From assembly GCA_963768835.1 (NCBI GenBank), contig CAVYJB010000002.1, positions 136,230 through 200,229 of the forward strand: a DNA stretch of 64,000 bases, given 5' to 3'. Source of the stretch: an uncultured bacterium (GTDB lineage Bacteria; Patescibacteriota; Minisyncoccia; UBA6257; GWB1-50-10). Each line of letters starts with the position of its first letter. Position 1 is the first letter of the stretch. Position numbers and translations under genes: made by a program. The notes beneath the pieces are model-generated. The model searched no databases, had not been told where the DNA came from, and saw nothing but the letters and a program-made list of their open reading frames with translations. This document shows positions 29,353 through 39,736 of this stretch, piece after piece.

Positions 29353-30357
29353 CTATTTTCTTCTCAGAAGAACCTTCATTTCCTCAATAACTTTCGTTTC
29401 AAGCGGATTCATCCCCAAACCTTGGGCTAAATAGAGAGCCGTCCAGTGGGCGAGGAGAAATCCACTCCATAACTTGATCTCTGGGCTGGATCCCTTGAGC
29501 GGCACTCCCAGCACCCGAACTCCACGGGCAGAGAGTGTGCGTTTTAAGATAGTTGTTTTCTTGCGGATTTCGGCGCGCCCGCTCGCGTCCTCCAGAAATA
29601 CCGCTACGAATTCCTTGCCGCTGCGCTCGAACCCGGCGATCTCATTATGGCTCATCTCGGGTATGACGTTCGCGAACGCAGGAGTCTTTGCGGTCTCGTT
29701 CAAGCTGATCTTCCAGATATAGCCCAAGGCTTGATGGGAAGCGCTGGTGTAGACGAGAGGAACCCGTCCCTTGAGGCTTCGCGCAAGCCGCTGCCCCGCC
29801 ACCTCAAAAACCCCTGTTCCAGGGAGATGCGGCTGTTTTACAGGCCGAATCTCCGGGAAACGAATCCGAAGGAGAGCGATGCAACTGCCGTAAGTATACC
29901 CTAACGCCTTCCTTGGTGTCAAGCCCCCTCCGGGGAAGCGCACGTAAGCAATCCCTGCCTGTTCAGCGAGACGCGCAAGCTCACCTCCTGACGTCACAGC
30001 CGCCACCATAGATCCTTTTTGTTTCACGACCTCTCGGAATCCTGAAAGCACCTCCTCGGTGTTGCCAGAAAAAGAAACGAAGAGGTGGAGAGGGTTTCGA
30101 AAATGGGTGGAAGGAAGCCCGTAGTTTTTCCAGACGACCACTGGGACGGGGATGCGAAGCGTGGCCGCAAGTTCCTTAATAACCGAGCCGGCGAGGCCCG
30201 AGCCGCCCATGCCGAAGATAATAATGCCGTCGTGCTTCCCACCCCCTTTTAGACGATTCGCGTTCCGGACCAAGAACCCTTCTCGCGGGAACTGGGCAGA
30301 GAAGTTCCGAAGGGCGCGCCGATACACCTCAAATGCATAAGAATTTCCGGGTTTCAT
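29353..30357 (-). CDS. bifunctional phosphoglucose/phosphomannose isomerase (SIS domain)
   Basis: GMGGSG, SFSGNTEE, TSGG, NETAK, PEMSHNEI. Confidence 0.92.
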   Translation of the reverse strand: MKPGNSYAFEVYRRALRNFSAQFPREGFLVRNANRLKGGGKHDGIIIFGMGGSGLAGSVIKELAATLRIPVPVVVWKNYGLPSTHFRNPLHLFVSFSGNTEEVLSGFREVVKQKGSMVAAVTSGGELARLAEQAGIAYVRFPGGGLTPRKALGYTYGSCIALLRIRFPEIRPVKQPHLPGTGVFEVAGQRLARSLKGRVPLVYTSASHQALGYIWKISLNETAKTPAFANVIPEMSHNEIAGFERSGKEFVAVFLEDASGRAEIRKKTTILKRTLSARGVRVLGVPLKGSSPEIKLWSGFLLAHWTALYLAQGLGMNPLETKVIEEMKVLLRRK

Positions 30358-30367
30358 GAGTAAGGGA

Positions 30368-32011
30368 TTATTTCAGGACACGGGCCTTCGCGATATACCA
30401 TTGCGATACGTTTTGGAAGCGATCTGCAGGAACCACCACAGGGTTCGTGGTAAACCCTCCGAGGCGATCAGTGTGGAGATATTCGTAGGGGAGCGTAAAG
30501 AGAGGTATGGCAGGGAGGTCGCTCGTGAGGATTCCATCAAGTTGCGCTACCCGAGAAGCGTCCGTGGAGCGATCCGGGCTCTGCCGCAGGTCCTCCATTA
30601 GTTTATCCGCATCTAGATTTTGGTACAACGCCAGGTTAAGGCCGGGATAGAAACGTTCCGATGAGTGCCAGAAGGGGAAGAGATCGAGCGGGTTCTCGAG
30701 CACGTCCCCGAAGAGTAGCACCTCGTAGCTGCGGCTCTGGAGCGCCTCCTCGAGCGCGGTTGGGTCAAGCGTCACAATATTCACCGATTTGATGCCAATG
30801 GCCTCCCACGCGGTTTTGACCTCGGCTGCGGCACGCTCCAGGAAATCCACCTGCGGCACAGAGAGGGTGATGGTCACGTCCCCCTCCTTTAAGCCCTGCA
30901 CGAGTTGAGACGCTTGGGTCGGGTCATAGGGGTAGCGGGAGCTCTGGCTTAAGTCCACGCTCCCAAACCCCGTTTCTCCAGGATCTACCATGGATTGGAT
31001 AAGGGAAGGAAAGAACGGGGAATCCACCACGGTTCCAGCACCCCCCGAGGCGTCGCGAGTGATCGTCGCTTTGTCGAGCGCATCCGCGAGTGCGTATCGG
31101 GCGTTCCGATCCTTGAGAAATGGGTTCGCAACAGGGTTCAGGAACAGCATGTAGGAGCGCGGCATCGGGTACGATTCCGTCACGGTGTGGGCGATGCTCG
31201 TGAAGTCAGAGGAGAGGGGCGTGAGACTTCCGTAACCCTGTACTTGCCGCGTGAGCAGTCCTTCCTGAAGATCGCTGGCGCGCTCATAGAACTGGAATGC
31301 GAAGGTTTGGATATAGGGATGAGGACCGGCGTAATTCTCGTTCGGCACTAGGGTGTATCGTGTGATAAAACCATCCTTCCGCTTCTGATAATCGTGGAAG
31401 CGGTAAGGGCCGTCCCCGACCGGCTCGAGATTGTAGGTCGAAAGGCGAAGATTCTGAATGGGTATCGCCCCGAAAATATGTTTCGGGATAATCGGGAGCC
31501 GCTTCAGATCCTCTCCGAGGAACACATAAGGGGTAGGGAGTGAAAGACGCACCTGGATCGAGCTCACGCGCTCCGCCTGAACGCCTTCCCAGGCTTTTGC
31601 GAATGGGGAGTGAGCCTCCGGATCTTCCACGGTCTGCAACGTGAACAGTACGTCATCGGAGGTTAAGGGCTGCCCGTCGTCCCATGTGAGGCCTTCTTTG
31701 ATCTTCAGCGTGTAGTGTAGGGTATCCGTCGAGACATCGTAACCCGTGAGGAGGCTGGAGAGAGGGGCATAGAGAAGCGCTCCGAGGTCTTGATCCACGG
31801 GGTTCGTAGAGACGATAGGATTCACCATGATAGGTTGTCCCACCGCACCTTCCACATAGGTGCCGCCCGCGACTGGCACATAGGTACTTCCCGCCGCGAC
31901 GGCGAGAGCGGCAAGAGCAGCTCCGCTCACAATGGCGCTCCCGAGAGCTACAAACATCCACGCGCGCTCTTTGGGAGTGAGCGCCTTAAGAATCCGTTGG
32001 GGCGTGATCAT
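30368..32011 (-). CDS. peptide ABC transporter substrate-binding protein (family 5)
   Basis: W.DG.PLT.DDV.FT and PVG.GPY motifs. Confidence 0.9.
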   Translation of the reverse strand: MITPQRILKALTPKERAWMFVALGSAIVSGAALAALAVAAGSTYVPVAGGTYVEGAVGQPIMVNPIVSTNPVDQDLGALLYAPLSSLLTGYDVSTDTLHYTLKIKEGLTWDDGQPLTSDDVLFTLQTVEDPEAHSPFAKAWEGVQAERVSSIQVRLSLPTPYVFLGEDLKRLPIIPKHIFGAIPIQNLRLSTYNLEPVGDGPYRFHDYQKRKDGFITRYTLVPNENYAGPHPYIQTFAFQFYERASDLQEGLLTRQVQGYGSLTPLSSDFTSIAHTVTESYPMPRSYMLFLNPVANPFLKDRNARYALADALDKATITRDASGGAGTVVDSPFFPSLIQSMVDPGETGFGSVDLSQSSRYPYDPTQASQLVQGLKEGDVTITLSVPQVDFLERAAAEVKTAWEAIGIKSVNIVTLDPTALEEALQSRSYEVLLFGDVLENPLDLFPFWHSSERFYPGLNLALYQNLDADKLMEDLRQSPDRSTDASRVAQLDGILTSDLPAIPLFTLPYEYLHTDRLGGFTTNPVVVPADRFQNVSQWYIAKARVLK

Positions 32012-32058
32012 AGAGTTCAGCGAGCGGCTCCCTGCGGAGCGCAGGCGAGAGCGGCGTC

Positions 32059-32277
32059 CTATTTAATAACCAGGTGCAGAATCGCAAGGACCGCAAACGC
32101 GATACCCGCCACGATAGTGGCGATAAAGATGAGCTTCTCGAGGCCGCGGCGAGTTTGGTACGGAGCCCCGCCGCTGCCCCCCAGGACAGGCGAAAGCCCG
32201 CTCGAGCGCTCCTGTAGCAGAATGAGTGCAATAAGAACGACAGAAATGACGATTTGTCCGAGAAGGAGAAGGTTCAT
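32059..32277 (-). CDS. secG: preprotein translocase subunit SecG
   Basis: LILLQ.R..GL...GG....TRRGLEK; 2 TM. Confidence 0.9.
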   Translation of the reverse strand: MNLLLLGQIVISVVLIALILLQERSSGLSPVLGGSGGAPYQTRRGLEKLIFIATIVAGIAFAVLAILHLVIK

Positions 32278-32284
32278 GGGTATA

Positions 32285-32656
32285 TTACCGTCTGGAGAAA
32301 ATCTTGGCCCCGAAGCCAACGATGAGATTCACGCCCCCAATGATCAGGGTTGCGTAGAGAAGTGGAGCGTATCCCTGGATTGTAAGCGGCTGAATAAGGA
32401 TGTCAAGCAAGTAGAGCATCACCGCATTCACGATAATGGTGAAAAGTCCGAGGGTAAGGAGAATAAGCGGTCCGAAGAGAAGCCTGAGGAGAGGGCGAAG
32501 GATCGCGTTCAGGAGCGCAAGGATCGCGGCGGCTTCGAGAAGTGCTAGGAAGTCACCGGTGAAAATAAAACCAGGGACAAGCTGCGTAGCCGCATAGAGT
32601 GCGACTAGGTTTGCGAATGTATGAAGGATGAATCCACCGATTAACCTCATGCGCAA
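32285..32656 (-). CDS. phage-holin-family (YvlD/DUF360-like) membrane protein
   Basis: LLNAILRPLL...PL..LTLGLF.IIVNA. Confidence 0.85.
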   Translation of the reverse strand: MRMRLIGGFILHTFANLVALYAATQLVPGFIFTGDFLALLEAAAILALLNAILRPLLRLLFGPLILLTLGLFTIIVNAVMLYLLDILIQPLTIQGYAPLLYATLIIGGVNLIVGFGAKIFSRR

Positions 32657-32674
32657 AAGTATTGTACCACGCCT

Positions 32675-34222
32675 CTAATGAAGCTGGGGAAGGAGCGATT
32701 CCCCTGTCATTTCCGGGGGTTTGGGGAGTCCCAAGAGCTCAAGAATTGTCGGAGCCACATCTGCCAGAAGGCCGATGGTTTCAAGACGTCGTGCTCTAGG
32801 AACGGGGCGCGCAAACTCCTTCCCTATCAAATAGAAAGGCACGGGGCTGGGGTCGTGTTTGGTTTGCGGCTCGCCAGTCTGGCGATCAATGAGGCATTCT
32901 GCGTTCCCGTGGTCCGAGGTCACCAAAAGAACATGACCGCCGTCCAGCACGACTCGCATCAACCGTCCCAATTCTCTGTCCACGGTCTGTACGGCTCGCA
33001 CCGTTGCTTCGAAATTTCCGGTGTGCGCGATCATATCCGCATTCGCGTAGTTGAGAAGGATAAAATCGACTCCTCCCTCTTGTAGGGAGGCCAGGGCGCG
33101 GTCGGTGATGGGAGTTGCCATCATTTCGGGGTGGTCCGCATGTGAGGCCTCCACGCGGGAGGGGACAAGGATTCGGTACTCATTTGGGAACGGTTCTTCC
33201 CGGAGACCATTAAAGAAGTAGGTTACGTGGGCATATTTTTCAGTTTCGGCAACCCGGAGCTGCACCCTTCCTTTATCGGCGAGGACCTGCCCCAACGGGT
33301 TCGGTATCGTCTCACGCGAGAAGATTTCAAATCCGGGGAGCTCGCGGTTATATTCCGTGAAGGTTGCGAGGAAGAGATTGGGGATAGGGGAGAGCGGAAA
33401 GGATTTAAAAGCGGGGTCGAGGAAAGCTGAAGATATCTGGCGCATGCGATCTTCCCTGAAATTGAAGAAGACAACCGCATCGTTCGCTTGGATAGGATGA
33501 GGCTCGCCTGGGATGGTGGGCTCAACATACTCATCGTTATAGCCGCGATCGTAGGTAGCCCGAAGGGCTTCTGCGAGTGACCGATGATTTCCTTCTCCGG
33601 CCACGAGAAGTCGGTAAGCTCTCGCGGTACGGTCCCAATTCCGATCCCGGTCCATCGCATAGTACCGTCCAACAAGATCTGCGATTGTCCCCACCCCCTT
33701 CTCGTCTAGGAGCTTTTCAATGCGTGCTGTAAGCATGGCCGCCGAGTGCGGGTCGCTGTCGCGGCCATCCGTGAAGAGATGAAGGTAGACCGCCTGGGTC
33801 CCCTCGCGTTTTGCCATCTCGAGGAGGGCCACAATGTGGTCCATAGAGGCATGCACCGTCGCGCCGGTGAGAAGCCCCACTAGATGCACGGCGCCTCCGC
33901 TCTGCTTAGCGTGGTCGAACGCCGCCTTTAGGCGAGGGAGAGTGAAAAATGAGCCGTCACGGATAGCGCCCTCAATTCTTTGAAAATGCTGGAAGAGAAT
34001 ACGGCCAGCACCAATAGTAAGATGTCCTACTTCGCTGTTTCCCTCTTCGTTCCAGGGGAGACCAATGGAGGTCCCAGATGCCTGCAGGGCTCCTGCGGGG
34101 AAATTCGCCTCGATAGATGGGATGATCTGTAAACCTGCGCCATAAATAGGGTTCGAGGCGTCGTCCGGGCCGATCCCCCAACCATCCATGATCACGAGTA
34201 CACAAGTGCGTTTCATCTGCAC
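32675..34222 (-). CDS. gpmI: 2,3-bisphosphoglycerate-independent phosphoglycerate mutase
   Basis: DGWG, GNSEVGH, DGRD, GRYYAMDRD, AETEKYAHVT, SDHGN. Confidence 0.96.
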   Translation of the reverse strand: MQMKRTCVLVIMDGWGIGPDDASNPIYGAGLQIIPSIEANFPAGALQASGTSIGLPWNEEGNSEVGHLTIGAGRILFQHFQRIEGAIRDGSFFTLPRLKAAFDHAKQSGGAVHLVGLLTGATVHASMDHIVALLEMAKREGTQAVYLHLFTDGRDSDPHSAAMLTARIEKLLDEKGVGTIADLVGRYYAMDRDRNWDRTARAYRLLVAGEGNHRSLAEALRATYDRGYNDEYVEPTIPGEPHPIQANDAVVFFNFREDRMRQISSAFLDPAFKSFPLSPIPNLFLATFTEYNRELPGFEIFSRETIPNPLGQVLADKGRVQLRVAETEKYAHVTYFFNGLREEPFPNEYRILVPSRVEASHADHPEMMATPITDRALASLQEGGVDFILLNYANADMIAHTGNFEATVRAVQTVDRELGRLMRVVLDGGHVLLVTSDHGNAECLIDRQTGEPQTKHDPSPVPFYLIGKEFARPVPRARRLETIGLLADVAPTILELLGLPKPPEMTGESLLPQLH

Positions 34223-34356
34223 TCATTCTAACGCATGCCTCTCGGGGCGTACAGAAACGGAAATTGTCTCTAAAAAATTGACCCCGCTGCCGTCTCCGGC
34301 GTATAATTCAAAGGTTAGAAAAGTCGAAATGTATCTAACAATCCATCTAAATTGCA

Positions 34357-35880
34357 ATGGGAAACACCACCTGGTTAGCAGGCGGTCTGGCACTCGTGGG
34401 TCTTGTGGCGGGGTATTACCTCCGCCTCTGGCTCGCCAAGCGATCTCAGACCTCGCTAGAGAGAAAGACCGAGAAGGAACTCGAGAACGCTAACGCACAG
34501 TCGAAGGAAATTGTTCTGGCGGCGAAGGACAAGGCCGCATCGATCCTCGTCGACGCACAGAAAGAGGCTCGCGAGCGCGAGCAGGAGCTTCGGCGTCTGG
34601 AGGAACGTCTTCTCAAACGGGAAGACTCCTTGGAACGCGATCGCGGGCATCTAGAAACCGAGACCGCCCGGGTTCGCAAGGAAGCGGACGCCGTCGTCGA
34701 ATATGAACAGCGCGTGAAAACGCTCGAGGAGAAGGCTGTCAAGGAGATCGAGGGAGTTGCCGGGCTCTCCCGAGAAGAAGCTAAAACAAAGCTTTTCCAG
34801 GAGATTGAGGATTCTTCCCACAAGGAGCTCGCAGAAACTCTTATACGGCTTGAACGTGAACGCCGAGATGAAATAGAGAAGAAGGGCCTCAACATTATGA
34901 CTTCCGCTATCCAGCGATACGCACGCGACTACGTGGCGGATGTGACGACAAGCGTAGTACCCATTCCGAACGACGAACTCAAGGGGAAGATCATCGGGCG
35001 CGAGGGCCGGAACGTCCGCACCTTCGAACGTCTGACGGGTGTCGAGGTCATTGTGGACGAGACTCCCGAAGCTATCGTTCTGTCTTCTTTCGATCCATTG
35101 CGTCGCGAACTCGCGAAGATTGCCCTCGAGAAACTTATCAAGGACGGACGTATCCAGCCCGCAAAGATTGAGGAGAAGGTGGAAGAAGCCCGGGCTCAGC
35201 TTGATGACCAGATCCGGAAGGTCGGCGAAGAAGCCGCCTATGAGGCCGGAATCCTCGATTTACCTAAGGAAATCAACTATCTTTTGGGACGGCTGAACTA
35301 CCGCACCAGCTATGGGCAGAACGTTCTCCAGCACTCGCTCGAGATGACGTATATCGCGGGGATGATCGCTGCAGAGCTCCATTTGAACGTCGCGGTGACG
35401 AAGAAAGCAGCGCTCCTCCACGATATTGGGAAGGCCATTGACCACGACGTGGAGGGTACGCATGTGGAACTTGGTCGGAAGCTTCTCAAGAAGTACGGCA
35501 TCGAAGAGGTGGTGATCCAGGGGATGGAGGCTCACCACGAAGAATTTCCGTTCGCAACTCCGGAGTCTTATGTTGTTGCGGCAGCCGACGCCATCTCCGC
35601 GGCGCGTCCCGGAGCTCGGCGTGACACCCTAGAAAAGTACCTAAAGCGCCTTGAGAGCATTGAAAAAGTGGTCGGCGAGTTTGAGGGCGTCAAACAAGCC
35701 TATGCGGTTTCGGCGGGGCGGGAGGTGCGTGTTTTTGTGGTGCCTGAAAAGATTGACGATTTCGGGGCACTCGAATTAGCTAAGAAAATCGCGGGTAAAA
35801 TACAGTCTGACGTGGAATATCCCGGTGAGATCAAGGTTACCGTTATAAGGGAAACAAAGGCGGTAGAGTTCGCCCGTTAG
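34357..35880 (+). CDS. rny: ribonuclease Y
   Basis: TM, coiled coil, KH (KGKIIGREGRN), HD (LHDIGK), SAARPGAR. Confidence 0.97.
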   Translation: MGNTTWLAGGLALVGLVAGYYLRLWLAKRSQTSLERKTEKELENANAQSKEIVLAAKDKAASILVDAQKEAREREQELRRLEERLLKREDSLERDRGHLETETARVRKEADAVVEYEQRVKTLEEKAVKEIEGVAGLSREEAKTKLFQEIEDSSHKELAETLIRLERERRDEIEKKGLNIMTSAIQRYARDYVADVTTSVVPIPNDELKGKIIGREGRNVRTFERLTGVEVIVDETPEAIVLSSFDPLRRELAKIALEKLIKDGRIQPAKIEEKVEEARAQLDDQIRKVGEEAAYEAGILDLPKEINYLLGRLNYRTSYGQNVLQHSLEMTYIAGMIAAELHLNVAVTKKAALLHDIGKAIDHDVEGTHVELGRKLLKKYGIEEVVIQGMEAHHEEFPFATPESYVVAAADAISAARPGARRDTLEKYLKRLESIEKVVGEFEGVKQAYAVSAGREVRVFVVPEKIDDFGALELAKKIAGKIQSDVEYPGEIKVTVIRETKAVEFAR

Positions 35881-35965
35881 GGCTCCAGCGCCAAGCTTCG
35901 CGGTTTTGCTATAATTTTGGTATACTGTACCAGAAGGAAAGGTCGATTTTGCCTATACTCTACCT

Positions 35966-36241
35966 ATGAAAAAAGACGGTATCGTTGAAGCGGTGATGAA
36001 AGCAGCTGACATTGAGACAAAGAAACAGGCAGGCCTTGCTGTCGAAGCGGTATTCGACACGATTGTAAAAACCCTGAGCCGTGGTGAAGAAGTAGCGGTC
36101 GCCGGCTTTGGAACCTTCCGCGTTGCAAAGCGCGCGGCCCGCATGGGACGGAATCCTAAGACTGGTGAGGCGATCCAAATTGCTGCGTCCACGAAGCCCA
36201 AATTTAGGGCCGGAAAGCTTCTCAAGGAGGCAGTAAAATAA
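35966..36241 (+). CDS. hup: DNA-binding protein HU
   Basis: GFGTF...RAARMGRNPKTGE...PKFRAGK.LKEAVK. Confidence 0.96.
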   Translation: MKKDGIVEAVMKAADIETKKQAGLAVEAVFDTIVKTLSRGEEVAVAGFGTFRVAKRAARMGRNPKTGEAIQIAASTKPKFRAGKLLKEAVK

Positions 36242-36319
36242 CGCCAAAGCCTTCGAAAAGAGCACGAAGGAACGAAAAACTCCCGCTAATACGGGAGTTT
36301 TTCTACTATCCAGAAGCTT

Positions 36320-37360
36320 TTACTGGAAAAGCCCCCGTGCTACCGTGCTCATTTCCAAAAAGGTTTGATAGGCCTTTTGGAGTTTCCCTAAGGACTGATT
36401 TACAAGGGATTCAACGGATGGCGGAGCAACGGGGGATGTTGAAGTTGCCGTCGAAGTTGTGGTGATGGTTTCGAGTATAGACCCTGCAGTACTCGAGGTA
36501 TTAGTAGATGTGGCGGTTTCCGCTGTAGAGGTAGGGGTGGAGGTTGTAGTGAAGAAGAGTAGCTGTGTAGAAGAAGTGGTCGAAGTTGAGACCGAGAGAG
36601 ATGGAGTCGATGTGGCGGTGGAAGACGCTACGGCGGAAGTTTCTGAAGAGGTTGCGCTTGATGTGGCGACAGGGGGCAGAATATTCATGGCCCAGAAACT
36701 ATCATGGGCTTCCTGGTCTAGATTGCTCGCGTCCTGAATCAGCCCCCCAGCCGTTTTGAGAAGGCGGTTCAGGGTCTGGGCGCTTGTGGGCCGCAGTTGA
36801 CCTAGGGCGCTGATTCCGTCCCCGACCTTCTTGAGACGGTTCGAAGCGATAGCAATGGCCTGGGATTCCTGATCAATTAGGAGGAAATCTCGGATCTGCC
36901 CCGCCACGTCAATGAAGTTCGTATCGCGCCATGTCTTGAAGTCCTGGGCGACTTTCCGGATGCCGGCGAGATCTAGGGTATCGGCATAATCATTTAGCCA
37001 TTCCTTTTCCTTTTCATAGTAGTCGAGGGCGTTTTGCAGAGAGTTAAGAGCTCCGCTTTTCCACGCTCCCGCGGCGGTATCCCCGCCCTCGTCATAATTC
37101 AAAAGTTGCGTTTTGAGATCTTGGGCTTCTGCAGCCGAGAAATCGATAACCTTCCCAAATGTCTCGATTCGGAGGCCTACGTCATTCGAGGAGCTCTGAT
37201 CTTTTCCCACCACAAGATCGTCCAAGCTCTGTTTTACGGAATCCAAGACCTGCTGGACGGGGGAAGTTTGCTGAGCTTGTGCAATCGAAAAAAAACCGCC
37301 TACGCCGGTAGCGAAAAGAACGGAGAGAATCACGGCGGTCGTGCGACGGAGAGGCAGCAT
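36320..37360 (-). CDS. secreted hypothetical protein with Ser/Thr-rich linker
   Basis: Signal peptide; helical domain interrupted by a long low-complexity S/T tract. Confidence 0.7.
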   Translation of the reverse strand: MLPLRRTTAVILSVLFATGVGGFFSIAQAQQTSPVQQVLDSVKQSLDDLVVGKDQSSSNDVGLRIETFGKVIDFSAAEAQDLKTQLLNYDEGGDTAAGAWKSGALNSLQNALDYYEKEKEWLNDYADTLDLAGIRKVAQDFKTWRDTNFIDVAGQIRDFLLIDQESQAIAIASNRLKKVGDGISALGQLRPTSAQTLNRLLKTAGGLIQDASNLDQEAHDSFWAMNILPPVATSSATSSETSAVASSTATSTPSLSVSTSTTSSTQLLFFTTTSTPTSTAETATSTNTSSTAGSILETITTTSTATSTSPVAPPSVESLVNQSLGKLQKAYQTFLEMSTVARGLFQ

Positions 37361-37363
37361 TCG

Positions 37364-37846
37364 TTAGAATATAACCTGGTTAAGCATCTGGTTGATGTCT
37401 TGGTCGGGGGTAGGAGCTTCCGCGGGGAGATTAAGTTTTTGTTCCTCGGACTCCAAAAGGGGTGGACTGAGGTGGTTGGTGTGGATGTCGGTAATCTCGG
37501 TTATTGCGGATGCCACGGTAGCATTCGCGGAGTCTTGGTAGCCGATCTTGGAAAGCTCGATATTAATAGGAAGGTTTTGGAACTCGGATGTGAGATTGTT
37601 AGTGTCCAGAGCTGCCACTGCGGTGGGCACGGGGGTAGGGAAAAGGTTGGGGATCAAGGCCGCAACAGCAAGAAAGACCAAAGCGGCGGCAGGGGCGGCC
37701 CACCGGAGAAAGATGAAGCGTCCCGAGGGCTGGAAGGCCTCCTCTTGGCGGTCCACCACGAGCATGCTTCGAGCCGCCGCCACCCAGGTCGGGTCCGGTG
37801 CGATAGCCTTAAGCCTCTTTAATTGTTGAAGTAGTTGATCCTCCAT
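37364..37846 (-). CDS. putative anti-sigma factor (single TM)
   Basis: Overlaps 3' end of ECF sigma gene; L..LK.I.PD..W N-terminus plus TM. Confidence 0.6.
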   Translation of the reverse strand: MEDQLLQQLKRLKAIAPDPTWVAAARSMLVVDRQEEAFQPSGRFIFLRWAAPAAALVFLAVAALIPNLFPTPVPTAVAALDTNNLTSEFQNLPINIELSKIGYQDSANATVASAITEITDIHTNHLSPPLLESEEQKLNLPAEAPTPDQDINQMLNQVIF

Positions 37847-38378
37847 TGTTGTTCAGGCTGATTTTGAGGAGCTTGAGGGCGCGGTGTTGGATAACACGGA
37901 TGGCTCCTTCGGTCTTGCCCAGCGCTTGGGCGATTTCCCGTGTCGTGAGATCGTCCACGAAACGCATCAAAATAACATTCTGCTGGTCTTCCTCGAGGTG
38001 TACGAGAGCGGTTCGGATTCGATTGAAGTCTAGCGCGTGCCCAAGGTCTTCCTCGAACCTCGCGGGCTGTGCAACGATCTCTTCCGGGACGGTCTCTAGG
38101 GGTTGCGTGCTCCGCGCGGTGCGGTAGTGATCGATGACGGCGTTCACTGCGATGCGATAGAGCCAGCTCGTGAAAGGAAACCCCTTCGCTTCGTAGTCCC
38201 CGACATGCTGCCAAGCATTCATGAAAACCTGCTGAGTAAGATCCTCGGTATCGTGTCGGTTCCCAACCCTCAGGAAAATGAACCGGTAGATACGGGTTAC
38301 ATACGCATCGTACAGTTTCCCGAACGCTTCCCCATCTCCTTTCTGCGCCTTTTCAATAAATGTACTGTCGTCCTTCAT
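37809..38378 (-). CDS. ECF RNA polymerase sigma factor
   Basis: AFGKLYDAY, EDLTQQVF, F.SWLYRIA.N, EIAQALGK.EG.IR...HRA. Confidence 0.93.
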   Translation of the reverse strand: MKDDSTFIEKAQKGDGEAFGKLYDAYVTRIYRFIFLRVGNRHDTEDLTQQVFMNAWQHVGDYEAKGFPFTSWLYRIAVNAVIDHYRTARSTQPLETVPEEIVAQPARFEEDLGHALDFNRIRTALVHLEEDQQNVILMRFVDDLTTREIAQALGKTEGAIRVIQHRALKLLKISLNNNGGSTTSTIKEA

Positions 38379-38447
38379 AGATTAGAACGAAGCGAAGAGC
38401 CTCTTCGTTTCGTAACGCCCTGTAACACTTTGATTTGCAACATTGAG

Positions 38448-38518
38448 TGCGGGATACCGGGATCGAACCGGTGCCTTAACCTTGGAAGGGTCACGTACTG
38501 CCACTATACGAATCCCGC
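38448..38518 (-). tRNA. tRNA-Gly(TCC)
   Basis: GCGGGATTCGTATAGTGG...CTTCCAA...GGTTCGATCCC; discriminator A. Confidence 0.93.
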
Positions 38519-38651
38519 GAATGGCTTTCGGGTGCCCCCCCATTAAACCATAGGTATCTCTGCTTGTCCCGTATCCTACGTGGGGCTTCAGGTTCTGCAA
38601 CGGTTGCTGGGTTTGAGCACTCTCGACCCTTCGTGTATGATGGTACAACGT

Positions 38652-39263
38652 ATGAAGTGGGAGAAAGCGTCCCGAAAACACCTGTGGTGGGGGGTTGGCG
38701 CGGCTGGCGTGCTTTTGGCGGCGGGCGCCGTGGTGCTCGTTGTCCGGAGCGCGGGCCCCGTGGTGCTTCCGCCTGAGTTCTTAGCGGCTCGCCGGAGCGC
38801 CGCTCTCACGAGCGCGCAGATCGTGAGCCTTACGAACCAGACGGACGATACGATTAAGCAGGTCAATTTCTCGGACCTTGGGGGTGACAGTACCCAAGCA
38901 CTCGCGCTTATCGAAAATGCACGTTCCGCCAACCGCGAGGCTTACAGCAAAGCCTTCGAGCTTACAGGGTATCTCCAAACCCTCGCGGGCTCACTTCAGG
39001 CAATTCCGCCCGGGTCCGGGCAGGGAGTCGCCTACGAAGCGGTATCGGTGGAACTTTCGCTCGTGAGTGAATTCATTCTCTATACCCAGCAATTGAACGG
39101 TTTTCTGGACGCTCTTGGAAAGGCTATCACATCGGGCACGCCCGCGGATCGAAGTGCTGCTCAGGCGGCGCTCGCGGGGGTGAACACGGAAGTAACAAAA
39201 ATCGACACCATTAACCAACAGTTTCTCTCGAAGATGCAGGAGTTCGATCAGTCTCTCCAGTGA
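38652..39263 (+). CDS. hypothetical membrane-anchored helical protein
   Basis: N-terminal TM followed by amphipathic helices. Confidence 0.7.
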   Translation: MKWEKASRKHLWWGVGAAGVLLAAGAVVLVVRSAGPVVLPPEFLAARRSAALTSAQIVSLTNQTDDTIKQVNFSDLGGDSTQALALIENARSANREAYSKAFELTGYLQTLAGSLQAIPPGSGQGVAYEAVSVELSLVSEFILYTQQLNGFLDALGKAITSGTPADRSAAQAALAGVNTEVTKIDTINQQFLSKMQEFDQSLQ

Positions 39264-39364
39264 ACGAATGGGGTTTAGAAAGCGCCGTGTTTGACGGCGC
39301 CTTCTGTTTTCGATACGGTGAGGGCAGCCAAGCTTTTATAACCACACAACAACGAGGAACCGTC

Positions 39365-39610
39365 ATGGTCCCGACTTTGCAATCGATCGCCAGCGCCCAG
39401 AAGGGAAACCCGTCGAAGTGCCCCTCCTGTAATCAGCCATTCAGGCCACTCGATCCGATCTGGGAGCATAAGCCGACAGGAATCATTATCCACGAACCCG
39501 ATCCATTCTCCGAATACAGGTGTGTTGCGACCGCCCACGCCCCATTTCGGGAAATTCCCCTAGGGGAATGGAAGGTATGTCGTCGTTTCTTTCCTCCCGC
39601 GGGCGCATAA
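39365..39610 (+). CDS. small hypothetical protein with CxxC
   Basis: GAGGA RBS, upstream TTGACG promoter, downstream hairpin. Confidence 0.5.
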   Translation: MVPTLQSIASAQKGNPSKCPSCNQPFRPLDPIWEHKPTGIIIHEPDPFSEYRCVATAHAPFREIPLGEWKVCRRFFPPAGA

Positions 39611-39736
39611 GGAGACCCCTTCGATTCAAAAGGGCCGTCAGCGATGACGGCCTTTTCTTATTATCCGTGAAAACAAAACCCGCCGGTGGAAGGCGGGTAA
39701 ATGAAGCAATAAAACAAAGAGACAGAAAAAGAGAGG

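Noticed and set aside
32285-32656. Holin-family gene as prophage evidence
   Set aside because: It sits in a housekeeping gpmI-secG context with no other phage genes
36440-36670. Low-complexity tract as a DNA repeat element
   Set aside because: Explained by the Ser/Thr-rich coding linker
37034-37822. Long antisense ORFs (e.g. 37034-37822, 31790-32548, 40948-41679, 55750-56457)
   Set aside because: Shadow frames of well-supported genes on the opposite strand in GC-rich DNA
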